From NCBI GenBank assembly GCA_038496445.1, contig JALMLS010000195.1, positions 90,706 through 154,705 on the forward strand: a stretch of 64,000 bases of DNA, in the 5' to 3' direction. Origin of the DNA: Trichosphaerium sp. ATCC 40318. Taxonomy: Eukaryota; Protista; Tubulinea. This document shows, piece by piece, positions 38,965-52,485 of the stretch (positions within the stretch are counted from its first letter, which is position 1; every line of letters begins with the position of its first letter). Made by a program: the position numbers and the translations under genes. The notes under the pieces are model-generated. The model ran no database searches. It was not told the DNA's origin and worked only from the letters and a program-made list of their open reading frames with translations.

Positions 38965-41083
38965 ATGAAATACGTAAGCACACGTGGTGGTATTAAACCG
39001 ATTGGTTTTGAGGCTGCTATAATGACAGGTTAGTATGTTTTACTTAAAGTAGTGTAATCAAAACTAGGATACGCTGCCGATGGCGGACTACTGGTTCCTG
39101 AGCGTATACCAAACATTACAATTGACCAGGTATACTATTGACACTGAGTACATATTCATCCATTTTATGCGTCTATGCGAAGCAAGAGCGCATTCTTCCT
39201 TTTTTGACACTTGATCGTTACAGCTATCATAAAGTCTGAAAGTCTTTAGCTTCGCTCGTGGTCGTCTTGTAGTTATGAGCAGATACTAACGGATGTATTA
39301 CAATTATTTATTAGTTCAGATGAGATTCCAACAACAGTTCTCTCTGAAATAATTACAGAGAGCTTTAAACGCTTTGATAAAAAAGATATCATGCCACTAG
39401 GTTCAGAGCACTCATTTTAGAATCACGCATTATGACACCTAACTAACCAAGTATAGTTGATATAGGCAATGACATGCACGTGTTAGAAATGTTTCATGGC
39501 CCTACTGGAGCTTTTAAGGACATAAGTCTTGGCGTTTTAGGCAAGTCCCGATTGTAAACGAAAAAACTCCTCAAAATCACGTGATTTCCAAGTGGTTCCA
39601 AGGCGTTCGTACTCATTTTTGGAAAAGGTAAACTATTCGACTATTTCCTTGGTAAGAGTAAGCGTAAAGTGACAGTCCTGGTGAGCACGTCAGGTGCGTC
39701 TTGCTTGGTGGATTTTGCTGTTTTGAAGATTCCATTTCTGATACTTTTAGGCGATACTGGTTCTGCTGCAATTGAAGGTGTTCGTGGTTCGAAAAATATT
39801 GACATAATTGTTGTTTACCCTTTTGGTAAAACAAGCAACGTTCAAGAAAAACAAATGATAACAGTTCTGGATGAGAATGTTCACGTCTTTGGAGTAGATG
39901 GGTACCACGTTATCACATAACAAAGTGTACTTTTTTAACTCTTGTGAAGTACTTCAGATGATTTGGATATCGCTGCTGTTGCGATATTGCAAGATACGCC
40001 CTTTGTGACGCGTCATGGTATTACATCGTTGAATAGTTTCAATTTGGGTCGTATCCTCTTGCAGGTTCAAAAAGAAAAAAATTGCTGGCCAGTACAAACT
40101 AATTTTCGCAAGGTTGCTCATTTCTTTTATGCTTATGTTAAGACCTGCCCTTCCGCTGACAAGACGTTGCATATAGTACAATTCATATCCCAATTATTTC
40201 GTAACAATGGTACTAAAGATTTTAGGCCGTGCCAACGGGTGCTTGTGGTAACCTAGCAGGAGGTAATTGTGGATTTCTTTTATTTCATTGTTTAAAGTTA
40301 AATAAATGTAGGATCACTTGCTTATAAGATGGGACTCCCAATCAAATTCGTAAGGTACCATTCAAAGCAAACTAACGTCTTTTATTTATACTGAGTCATG
40401 TATTTAAGCGCTGTAAATAAGAACGGTGTTGTACACGAGTGCGTTCAATCTGGTACTTTCTTCTCAAATAAACATGTATCAAAATCGTTGGCTCCAGCTA
40501 TTGATATTGCAGCTCCGTACAACTGGTATGTGTTTACAGTATTAAGGTGATTAAAGGGAATGCTAGGGAGCGTGTATGTTGGGTTGCTTCTGGTTGCAAT
40601 AGCAAAGAGATTAAGGAGATGATGGAAGGTTTTAATTTGGGCAAAGTAGTTACCCTTCGAAAAGGGACTGCGTCAAAACTCCGAGAGATGATGGTGACTG
40701 CAAAGATAAGTGATAAAAGGATAGAAGACACTGTGTCCAAAACATGGAAGAGTGCAGGTTATATTCTTGATCCACATACAGCAGTTGCTGTAGCTGGTTG
40801 CGAGGATGTAAAAGTCAAAGGCAAGCTTTTTGATTGTTTCAAGCAAGTGTTTATTCCTTTTGTAGGCCCAATAGTTGTCTTGGCTACAGCGACACCTGAT
40901 AAATTCCCTGACGAAATGAAAAGAATTGTAGGCTCGTTTGAGTTATCAGAGAAGTCGAAAGTATTACTGAAAAAACCTGTAAAAGTAACAAGAGTTGAAA
41001 TGTTAAGCGGATTGGAAGCCTTGTTACGCAAGAAGATTAACACTATTACAGTAGACAGAGAATGTAATGAATCAACCGAATAA
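38965..41083 (+). CDS. Threonine synthase (or THNSL2-like PLP enzyme)
   Basis: MKYVSTRGG, GYAADGGLLVP, LEMFHGPTGAFKD, TSGDTGSAA, VPTGACGN, LDPHTAV, LATATPDKF. Confidence 0.9.
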
Positions 41084-41365
41084 ACTAACATTATGCTCCG
41101 AAATTATATTGAATACACGTCCACAAGCAAGCAAACTAAAAAAACAAAAAACAAATGCAACAAAAATACGTAACATTCTTAGTTAGATTTGTGTCACGTG
41201 ACAGCTGTTTTGAAGAATAGTCCATAGCCAGGTTAACGAGGTTACCGTTTGTATAACTTACAACCTTACAGCTCAATACAGCGTATTGTGACAACAACAT
41301 TCAAGAGGTACTAATTTGGAGATTCTTGTAAAGTCTTGCTCTCAAAATTCGTTTATTTCAACACT

Positions 41366-42725
41366 ATGGAGACAATTAGCATTTTATTGTGGAATGTCCA
41401 CAAGTGGTATACTCCAAAAGGCGCAGAAAACCTACAAATGGTAACAAAAGTGTTGATGGGATGTGGTGTAACCGATGTAGTCTGTTTGAACGAAGTGGGT
41501 ACCATTTCAACAATAACACAGTTTGAAGTATCATTTAACGTTTTGTGGTATCCAAAACGCTAAAACAAATTATTGTAGGTTACAATGCCTTCTGACGATG
41601 ACGAATACAGCATTTGTGTTGTGTGGGGTAGAATTAGCCATTGGTTCTCGTTTACAGAAGAGAATTTAGGCACGACAAAGTGGCTTAAAACAAGCTGATT
41701 AAGTTGTTTAGAATCCTTCCCATTACGGATACGGAAACGTTTTTGTATCGCACCTACAACACAAATACACCTATATGAAAACATAAGCGAAGTACCAATG
41801 ACTTTTGATAAGCTGGTAGATACTACATCATATCTATTAAATCCAACAATACAGTAACACGTTTAAAGGTTGAATTTGAAGGTGCCGTTTTGAGTCTATC
41901 TGTACAAGGGCTTCAACCATCCTATGGATATGAAAGCGAAATAGATGATACATATGGGCAATTGGGAACGTTAAATAATTCCTTGGGATGCGATTACAAG
42001 TTCTTCTTTGGATCAGCAAACAGTAATTTTTTTGGAAATGCAATTATTTCAAACAAAGAAGTTATAGAATCAAGCAACGTTACGTGCAAGCTGAAAGGCG
42101 CTGCAAAGCGTGGTATGTTACGCGTTTGTATTAATGCTCCAAATATTGTAATCTACTTGTTACACTTGGACCACAAATCAGAGGTAAGTTGCTGTACCAG
42201 CTATTCTTGTACAGCGTTATCTAAAAACGTGACGTAATTGCCCGTTATTTTGTTGCTAACTTGAAATGTGTTCATTGCTCTTCAATACATTTCAACAGTT
42301 TTCTTATTGCACGTTTGTAGAGCATTCGAGTTTCTCAGCTAGACACTTTTTTGTCTAGGATTTCAGAACCTGAACATGTGATTGTTGGTGATTTCAATGC
42401 AGTAACAAAACGAGATTATACAGATGAATATTTAAACATGATTAACAAAGAAAGAGAGCGAAACAAAGTTCCTGAACTTATTTTCAACGTAACTAATACT
42501 ATGGAGAATAGAGGATATATGGACTGCTTCAAGGCTTGTCACCCAAACGCCACTGATGCCAAAGTGAGAACTCACCAGCACGGTGTCCGTGTGGATTACA
42601 TGTATGTTAGCAAAGAACTTGCAAAAAGATGTAACTGGGAAAAGAGTACATTTATAATATTGGATGAAACGATTTCGTCAGATCACTGCCCACAAAGACT
42701 TGTTCTTAATCTCAAGAAGAAATAA
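41366..42725 (+). CDS. Endonuclease/exonuclease/phosphatase (EEP) family protein
   Basis: WNV, DVVCLNEV, GNAIIS, HLDH, GDFN, RVDY and SDHCP motifs. Confidence 0.88.
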
Positions 42726-43638
42726 ACTATTTACTTATTATCGCTGTAGCTCAGTTAACTGACAATAGAAAAAACCAGCGATTGAATACACTGTTGTAAA
42801 AACGTTGTTGGTAAAAGTGCAGAAGTTCATACATGAACAGAGAGGCAAATGGACGATCTCATGGCTTTGTTAAACAAGACACCGAGAGTGTTAATGCTGT
42901 CGAAAAGGTCCAGTGGATACATGCGGCAACCTGCCAGTAGAATTAAGCAGTCTTGTTGTATGACTTTTTCCTTTGTTTAACAAACTGCAAAGTGACAAAG
43001 CAACAGGTTATGGTAGTTCTGAAGGCAATTACACTTCTCTAGACGACCTGTCGAAGAACATGTGCGTTTCAAACAGTAGTTGATGCTGAACATTCCCGTG
43101 GTTAAGTAAATAAAAGCACCCACGTGCATTTTTTGTTAATAAGTGTTGGCTCCACGTGCCTTTTTGACCTGAATAGACCTACAGTTTGCTCAGCATAACG
43201 GCTTCTAGTTGTCAAACGAACTTGTCCTTCGTCTTATTAGACAGTAGGAACCTCATGAAGGCGAGGTAAGCTAAACGCGAATGGATAATCTTATTGGTAC
43301 TAGACTCAAATCACTAGGAACTTGAAGAACGGCAATGTAGATTTAGAACGAAGACTGAAATCTGCTATTCCAGAATAACGCCTTGTGAGTATTTGCACCT
43401 TATCAAACGTGCGGCAATGTTTGTTACACAAAACAACTCTTTGCAACTTCGTATTGTTACAGATTGTGCTTTTTTTTTGAAGGTTTTATATTTGGAATTA
43501 TAGCAGTTTAATCAGCAAAGAAATTGTAGCGTCTGGTCAAGGACTATCGACAATTTGTACAAGCACGTTCCTTAGGAAATTAAGTCAACTGCTTTTCTTC
43601 ATTATCTAACGTATTAGCACTTATTTAGTGTTCTCGGT

Positions 43639-46600
43639 ATGGAACAGCAGCGGTACGTTATATTCGTTAAAAAAACAGCTAAACCCACAAAATAGCTTGC
43701 GCTTGAGCATATACCCAAGTCTACGTAATGTTACCGACGCCTATCTATTTACCAATGAAGTTCGCTTGGATAGACGTACAAATCGCTGGAATTTGGTTGA
43801 GATAACTATAGCAAACTGGACGTCATACTCTCGTTTGAGCTCTCTTGCGTTTGTTGCCTCTGGGTCTACTAAAGGCATGATGGTTCCGACATGGCCCATT
43901 TTCAACCAAGCTGGCTATGTTAAAGAGTGTCGGTACGCAAAGAATGTTCAATAAACCAACGAATAACGTAATTGGAGAAAACGGTACTAATAAAACACTA
44001 GCGACTGGCATGCCGCCCCAAATGATCGTAACGAAATGGTCATAACATTTAAGTTTACGTTCGGGAAAGTGCGTACAATTCTCTTCCAGAAAGTTTTTAT
44101 TCCTTGTCCAACGGTTAATTAAAACGCCTGTAGAAATCATATGAAGACGTATGGGTTAAAGCAAACAAAGCAGACGTTGTAGCAAAGGTACAAAATAATC
44201 CCAAAAGACTCGAAGTCAGCATATCGCCAGTGAGACCCTGAAAAAATCTCACAGCGCATACGTAGTAATAGCTTTATTCTTGTTACAAAGTTCGTGCACA
44301 ATTCCAGAAAAACGACACAAACGTCGCTGTTGACACTGTGTTGTATCCTAGTATGTGCTACGACCTTTATACAAAGGGGTTACTGGACGAACAGTTACTT
44401 TAACGTTCATGAACGGCTAAATCACACGTTTTTAAAAACAAAAGTTTTGCGTTTTTTTATGAAAAATTATTTATTTAATATGTTATAGTTATGCCTTGAA
44501 GCCCAAATAGAAGATACAGACCAAGAAGATATGCTATCTTATGGATCTCCAGTTAACTGGAGCACTGAAGTAACGATAAAGCGCGTACGTTAAGCAAACT
44601 CACCTGAAGTTGCATGAAAAACTAAAAACAGACTTTTTCTTTTTGTCTGTTTTCTTATTGTTGAAACCCCTAAATTGATCAATTAGTACAAAGAAGGGAG
44701 TAACAAGCGTAAGCGAGTACGGGATGCGGCCGCGAATGGAGACCAAAGCTCTAAGAAACCAAAACTGAAGAAGCAAGAACAGGAGATGGGCGTAATTGTT
44801 AGTGCGTCTCCATCTCTTTCAAATTCACCGAGCACGCCTGAATCTCAAGATACTTGCGCAAGCCCTGGTCATACCCCTCTTCCGTACAGCTCAGAGGTCG
44901 AAGAAATCAGACAGCGTTCAGAAGCTATTGTTGATGCTGGTACTTTGCTTAGCTTTTTCCATCAATTTCTTTTTTCAGTGATTTTAATCTCGGGTGCTAA
45001 CGTGAAATTTTAGCTGAAAAGTACGATACTACTGACGCACCAGGTTGGGCATCTGCAGCACTAGAAGAAGTTAAACAACTAGAACGCGTATGGCAAGAAT
45101 TTCAACAACGTAAATCTACAGATGGTTTCCTAGTACCTTTTGACATTTTTGATCCTTTGGCTGATTATTCGGACAGTCCTTTTGCTGCTTGTGGTTTGTC
45201 AAAGGTACATAAAAAACGCTTGGTTGATGTTTGTTAATTATCCTAGGGTACAAGCTATGTGGGGCTTGCTACGGTTCTTTTCATTGGTATACTCATTGGA
45301 TGTGGAGCAGTGTTGACTTACAATCGTATAAATTCTGGTAGTGCAGCAGGTGGTGGACATGGACCAGCTGGTTCCAATCCAAATGGTCCTGCTGGAGGAC
45401 CTGGCGCAAGTACTATTAACCCAAATGATCCTGGCGCACCACCTGATGGAAACCGAATGGTACGACACGTTTTTTTCACACTTCGTACTTAAACAACTTG
45501 ATGTAGTCTACTACGGAAGGCCCAACTACAGAACCTCCAATTACAGAATCACCAACACCAGTTGTCACAGCCGAACCAACAGTTGCACCTGCAACCACGC
45601 GTCCGCCAACAAAGACGCCAACAACGAAGCCTCCATCAACACGTCCACCAACAACAAAGCCTCCACCAACACGTCCACCAACAAAGCCGCCAACAACGAA
45701 GCCTCCATCAACGAGGCCACCAACAACAGAACCGCCAATGACAAGGCCACCAACAACGACAATATCTCCTACTGAAGTGAAACCAACTGAGAGTCCTACA
45801 GTAGACTCAATACCAAGTAATATCCCACTGCCTCCAACCAGAATAACATCAGATACTAATAATACTGGCCTAGTACCTACCTCACCGAGCGATAAGCCAC
45901 CAACAGCTGCCTCTACTAAGCCTCCATCAAATATCATCGCTGCGAATGTAACTGATGCACCAACCAGGGATCCAGATGATCCCCCTACAGACGCACCAGC
46001 CACTTTTCCTACTGCCCCAACTTCGGCTGATAGTGTACCTTCTTCGAAGCGTAGTATTGTTAATGAGGTCGTTTGGACAGATTTTACGCCAGTATTAGTA
46101 AAATTAAATCAGGGGCATGATCGCGTGGTGGATATTGTGGCGTTTAACAGTACGCGAAAAGTGATAATCAGATTTTTTATTATTTTGTCTGATGGTTTTT
46201 AGACTCCGTTTATATTTCTACCGAACACTGCCAGATAATACAACAGCTACCTGGCGGAGAATCAACTCCTATTGAAATAGATTCTGTGCATTGTGGACAA
46301 TTAACGTTTTTACCTCTACTCGATAAACTCTTTGCTATTATTGAAGTTGACAATTCGGATCGAACTGTAATAGTTGGTGTAAGCAAGGTACGTAACGTGA
46401 GGTTTTTTTTTTTTGCAACTTGCAACAAACATTTTCCGAAATTAAAAGATTAAACATCAATGTACGTTGGAAATTGGTATTAAGTTTGTTTTTGTAGAAT
46501 TCAAGCGTTTGGCCTTTTACACAGGATGACTTTTCTCTACGCAGACTTGCTATAGGTAAAAATACGGCGTACTACGCAACATGTACGTATCTAAGCACGC

Positions 46601-46804
46601 TATTACTTGATTTTGATACTGGATGTAGCGCGCGTAATCTACAAATATGAACGCGGAGGTGCAAAACAGAGCGTTGTGGCTAAGGTGCCCAACTCTTGTA
46701 ATACTCAAGCACTAGCTCTTTCGACAAATGATCATGGCAACCAGAAATTACAAATCATTTGTGAAAAAGGAGAAATGCTAGTTACTGAGCTACCTTCGAT
46801 ATGA
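43639..46804 (+). CDS. Type II membrane protein: N-terminal domain, bipartite NLS, TM helix, Pro/Thr mucin-like stalk, C-terminal beta-rich domain
   Basis: Spliced frame links KRKRVRDAAANGDQSSKKPKLKK to TM VGLATVLFIGILIGCGAVL and then to T(R/K)PP repeats. The 5' exons are less certain. Confidence 0.65.
45590..45760 (+). repeat. Coding 15-bp quasi-repeat (TTKPP/STRPP)
   Basis: Recurring acaacgaagcctcca / acacgtccacca units. Confidence 0.8.
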
Positions 46805-47150
46805 AATTATCCTTTGTAAAAAAAAAATTTGTACACTAAAAAAAAACAACGTTTAATTTTTGTTCTTTGAAGAATGACCATTCTTTGCTTCCATATTAAT
46901 ACACCTATGGTGTTTTACCTTGTAGTGTTTTCCCACACCCTTTTACCGAACGAGAGGAGAACAAACAATGCCTTTATGAAGAATTCTTCTGTTCTCCAAA
47001 CTATGAACTGTTCCTGTGACAAACAAACAAACCTACCTGTCAATTAAAATTGCACTTCTTGACTTATTAACTTTCAAGAAATTTGGGACAAGGATGTCTT
47101 TGTGACAACAGTATGTTTAAGTGAAATAAAAGAAAATAATTAAGTGTCAA

Positions 47151-49261
47151 ATGATACGCCGCGTCTCTGTAGTGAAAGTATGGTACATTAGTAATATATG
47201 GCTATAAAGCGGGGTGGCTATGCACGCGTAAAGAGTGGCCATTGGCTTAAAATATCGAATGTGCGCAGAAGCTTCGATAAAGTGCGTAATTACGTTTGAT
47301 TGTCATTTAAACGACTTCAGCTTCAAGAAAATCTCAGGCTCCATACAAAGAGTGATTGGCATGTAATAGGAGTCGCTGCTCTCAGATCGCAACGCGGTGG
47401 CGCTAGTTTACTTTCGTACGCGTCAGTTGAAGTTTATTCGCTATTTACTTCTATTTTAGCCGTCACAATGGAGCTATCACTCTAGTGTTGAAAAAAATGG
47501 CTTCTGAGCACGTTTGGAATATTAACGATTTTGGTACGATTTCTTACGCTATGTAACATAACTAAACGCGTCCTTGCCGCATATATTAGCGTAAAACCGC
47601 TCTTCAATATTTATATATCAAAACAGTTAATTTAACGCTTAGCTCGCAAACCAAAACACTCTTGGAAGTTCACAGAGAATAAAAGAGCAATGATAATGCA
47701 TGTGCGTGCATTTTTAAAGGTTTCTTGTTTGACACTTCGATAAAAAGGTTGAAAAGGAGTTTAATATTGTAAAATTGGAAGATTGGTATGATATTAGGAA
47801 CGAACAGTTTATAAAAGCGGGAGGAAGTAATTTTTTAAAGACAAATGATCTTAATGGGTCATTACAAAGATTTCTTGAAATTGTTTATCCTGATTTTGAA
47901 TGGAAGAGTTGGATGTTTAGTATGTTGCATGCTATAGAATTTGTACTAATTTGTTTGTTAAGCAAAGGTTCAGAACAGATTTTGGGATATTACCGAGAAT
48001 AAGATCAATTTCATTAGATACGTATGTAGTTTTAGTTGGATGAAAAAAAAAAATAAGAAAATATTGCGAATTTTTTTGAGGCTTACAGACGTTAGGCAGA
48101 GGCTGAATTAGATATAAAAGAGATAAAAGATTGGTATAATGTTACACAAAAAATATTCCGGGCAGTGAAAGGTGGATGGGGTCTTCTCTGTTCAGGATAC
48201 AATTCAAGTATAAAAGATATGATTTCTGACATTTACCCTGATGAAGTATGGCAGCCCTGGCGCTTTAGTACGTGTTATTATACATTAAAGATACTCTACA
48301 CTTACAAAGTGCGTTTAATTTGCTTACACAAATTAGAAAATTGCGGACAAAACACGTGGGACTTATCAAAACCACATTGTAAAGAATACTTATTAGAAAT
48401 TAAAGAAGCGAATAATATTACGACGCCACAAGAGTGGTACCGAGTTGGTTTTGATACAATTGCAAAGAGTGGTGGCCCGGGGTTCTTAAAATTGTGGCCT
48501 AAGGTATTGACATTGATTCATCCAGAGTATAACTGGGATTGGTCAGTATTCACTACAAGAGATAGAAAAGTTATTCAAAGGTAAAATTATAATAATTGTT
48601 TTTTTGTTTGCTGTCAAAAAACTCTATTCGTTTTGTTTGCTCACTCGTTTTTTAAACCTATAGAGCTCTAGTTTCTACGTTACAAAGTGTATTTCAAGGT
48701 TATGAAATACTGGAAGAGTATCATACTAGTATGCATACTGTTCTTATTGGCACACAGACAATAGATATCTTTATTCCAAGTCTTCGTATTGGGTTTGAGT
48801 ACCAAGGAGAGCATCATTATAAAGATATGCTACAAGGATACGGCCCTGCAGCAATGCAACAAGCACGTGATTCGGAAAAATTAGAGCAATGCTTTGAGCA
48901 GGGTACAAAAAACAAAATCGTTCAGTTGGCGGTTTTTTATAATGCTTCTTTCAAGGTATCACGGTTATCCCTATCCCCTTCTCTTGGTCTTCAACAGATG
49001 TAAATAGTATAAAGGCTACAGTACTAAAATATAGGTAAAAGAGTCTAACACGTGACACCACTGACAGTTTTTTTAACAAGGCCTGACTTAAGTAGTATAA
49101 TAAGTGTTGAATCGGAAGCAAAACCAATTGAAATGAACGAATCACCTGCTATTTTGGGTATCCTTTCTCTCTTTAACATGTATGAGTAATTAATGTATAC
49201 AATAGGTATGATGATGCCCGATAACTTGGGTAAAGAACCTCAAAGCAGATCATTTGTTTGA
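47151..49261 (+). CDS. Trp-rich repeat protein + intact RAP/Vsr-like PD-(D/E)XK domain
   Basis: Presequence-like MIRRVSVVKRGGYARV, four repeats (EDWYDI…GG..FL…YPDFEWKSWMF), then IDIFIPSLRIGFEYQGEHHY…RDSEK…IPFSW. Confidence 0.85.
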
Positions 49262-49519
49262 AAAAAATCTTTCTTGCTTAAGATGTGGAGAAGGTTTATT
49301 TTTTGGGTTTTCAAGCCAACCTCTTCATCACATCATGACATGACGCTGTTTTTTTGTACATACCACTATTACTGACATAGTTACTACTGTCATTAATATT
49401 TTTTAAAGCGTCATGTGCATGTGTGAGCGAAGAGTTTGTTTGTTTTTCAAAAATCCCCAAAATGTAGTGTACACAGCTTCGTAATATAGTTTTGTGAATT
49501 CAAATACGTCTGATTGGCT

Positions 49520-51175
49520 TAGTAGTTGATGCTGAGCGACTACGCTTCTTGTTACTCCTACGAACAAAAAAGTTAAAAACTTTGAAGTGAAAATTTCTTC
49601 AGTTTTCTTTTATCGTACTTTGTCCCAATTGAGTCTCCTATAGTTGTATTTCTGCGTGGTCTTTGATGTACATCAGATAATGTATTTGATCGTTGCTTCT
49701 TTCCAGTTCGTTTGTGGCTTTTTTTCTTTGGGGTTTCAACAATCCTTTACCAAAACAGTCCAATTAGTATTGTAACAAAAAGACAGTTCGTGAATGCTGT
49801 CGAATTCGACTTGTTATTTATAACGCACCTGAGTTTCCGTGGAGGTTTTGTAAAGTCCTTTGATACACCGTTATCAGCTAGAGCACTCTCTGATGCTCGT
49901 TTGGAAGGATTTGACTTGCTTCTCTTTTTTTTTGTAGAACCGCTCGTTTTCTTCTCTGGTGGTGGGTTTTCAAACCAATCCTCGCGTCTATCACATAAAT
50001 AGAATGAATCTCTGTTAACTAGCCTATTTGAAACAAATAAGCTTTAAAATGATCTCAACATGCAATTCGTCGCTTATACGCACTTCTTACTATTATAAGG
50101 CTTCTTTGACATGCCTGTTTAGTCGTTGTTGACAACAGCTCTAATTTTGGGTTTGGTACCTTAATTTAGTAGCCTTTTGCTTTCCTTAAATGTTTGAATT
50201 TCCGGTATTCTAACGATGTATGTGTTAGACATCTCAAGGTTATATCTTCCACCAATACAAGTCACTACGTTGCAAGATTGATTCTATTAACGATAGCTTG
50301 GTTTAAAAGGTGAGTGAACGAGTTCTGTACTTTACAGCATCAAATACATGCATCCAATATTGCTAACTTTCTATCACGTTTGGCCCACGTGATGCAGTAT
50401 TCTATGTAGCTCCTAACGCACCAATCATAGAATTTTCTTATGTTGTACAACTGGAACATTGCGTGTGTTCTTACTTCAAGATGAAATCAATAGCATGTGC
50501 AATGAAACCTTTTCATACCTAAACAATCTTCGAAAGAACTCTTTATTCCTGAGCCGGAAACGCATACATTAATGTAGATGACCTAATTAGCCTTACATAA
50601 TTAGTAGCTAATGACAGCAAGCCAGGTACTGTAACATAGGCCGAGCACTATTTGTATCAATGTTGGTAGAGCAGAACATACTCGAGGCATCTTACTGAAC
50701 TATTTATGGACATATGTAGTGGGCCAAGAAAAGCATGTTGTAGCAAGACGTGGACAAAAAACTGAACTGAAAAACATTCAAGATAGTTTTGTATTCACGT
50801 TAAAATTATATTTTTCCTCTCTGGCGTTGTATTCACACTAATTTAGTACCAACGTTATAAGTTGGACCTTGTATTTCGAGCAAAACAGTTGTTTTTATCC
50901 CTTCCCACAAACGCGTTCTCATCGCGCAAAACTACCTACGTTGATTGCACACTCATTCAACGTAGCCAAAGCAGTGATATGAAGGCTTTCCTATGTTGCT
51001 GAAGAAGTGTAACTACAAAACAATAGAGAGACCTCCGTTTTAGCATAAAGAATAGGAGCGCTTGTTTGTAAAGAACGTGGAGTGGCGCCTTTTGGACCAC
51101 GTGATTTATCAACGGAATATTCCTTCGCGGGGAAACTCGTAAAAACGTTGGAACTACGCGCTTTCCAACGCATAG
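49520..51175 (-). CDS. Uncharacterised multi-exon protein with basic low-complexity C-terminus
   Basis: Exon-like blocks (RREDWFENPPPEKKTSGS…, IVETPKKKSHKRTGKK) flanked by splice signals. The full model was not resolved. Confidence 0.4.
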
Positions 51176-51415
51176 CGCGGTAGAAGCGTTGAGCGATAAT
51201 AGTTTCTCCACGAACGGTTAGTAGTGAAGTTTTAAAAAAAATTGAAAAAACACGCTCTAAGAACGCTGAAAGTATTCGTATACTGATATGCACTGGAGAA
51301 ACATCGCTAACGGAACATTTTTAAGCCGATTTAGGCACCCAAAAGCGTCGGAGAATTGAATTTTTGTCCTGTTTGACTTTTCCAAAAACTTTCATAATAC
51401 TGAACTCGTACAACC

Positions 51416-52278
51416 ATGAACACTCTTACAGTCGCTCTTGTCCTTGCTTTTGCTTGCGTAGCCTCATGCGCTCTCGTTAGATTTGCTCATGCCTCTCCTG
51501 ATGCACCTGCAGTCGATATTGAAGTAGACGGTCTTAAAGTACGTAGCGGAACACTCAGGCTTGTAGACTTGGAGACTAATGCCTCTATGTAGGTATTCAG
51601 AGACCTCAAATTCAAAGGTGTTACATTCTATGCTCCTCTCCCTGCCGCCAAGTACAACGTTAGCGTTGTTGCCGCTGGTACTACTGGCCCTGCCGTCATT
51701 CAAGTAGAGTGCGTTCTTTTCCATTTCTTCAAGTTTTATCACGTGATAAACGTTTTATTCCTTTGGTCTATTATCTAATCGACTACCACAGTGAATTTGA
51801 TGTCACCCACGACCAAATCATCACTGTAGCTGCCGCTGGAAAACTCGCAAACATTGGACCAGTCGTTTTCATGGATGACACCAGACGTCCTAACAACGTA
51901 CGTCCCGGTTTGCCTCGCCAAAAATTCCCAACGGTTTTTCTCCTTACGGTTTTTTTCTTACGTTTTAAACGTACTAACGTCTTTGTACAGGGTTTCGTTG
52001 CTATCCGCTTCGTACACTTGTCTCCTGATGCACCAGCTGTCGATATTGCCGTAAAGGGAGGACCAGTTTTGTTCAAGAACATTGCCTTCAAAGGAGCCTC
52101 AACATACGCTCAAGTAAAACCTGGCAAGTACGACCTCGAAGTCCGTGTTGCTGGCACAACCACTGTTGCTCTTGATGTACCTGGTGTTGAGCTCGGTCCT
52201 GATCGTATTTACTCTGTTTTCGCAGAAGGTTTGCTCGCTACCAAGAGCCTCACTGCTGTATTGCACTGGGACCTTTAA
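51416..52278 (+). CDS. Secreted tandem DUF4397 protein
   Basis: Signal peptide and two VRFxHxSPDAPAVDI motifs; three introns; strongly biased codon usage. Confidence 0.88.
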
Positions 52279-52485
52279 ACAATAAACTAATAAAAATACA
52301 TTAACAAACCTATGTTTTCCACGTGGTATTCAAACGCTCTTTTTCTCAAAGCAAAGCTGCCCCATAACTGATGTGAAAGACACGTTCGACAATACGTGGC
52401 CACTCATGAAAACCAACTTCACAGCTCCGTCGCATTTTTCATGAAATTTCTGTGTAATTCAACACAAAATAACTTTGTAGTTACA

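Noticed and set aside
41366-42725. EEP domain as a LINE endonuclease
   Set aside because: It contains introns, stands alone, and has no adjacent reverse transcriptase, tail or TSD.
45476-46003. Hydrophobic Val/Gly-rich ORFs on the minus strand
   Set aside because: Antisense shadows of the Pro/Thr-rich plus-strand exon.
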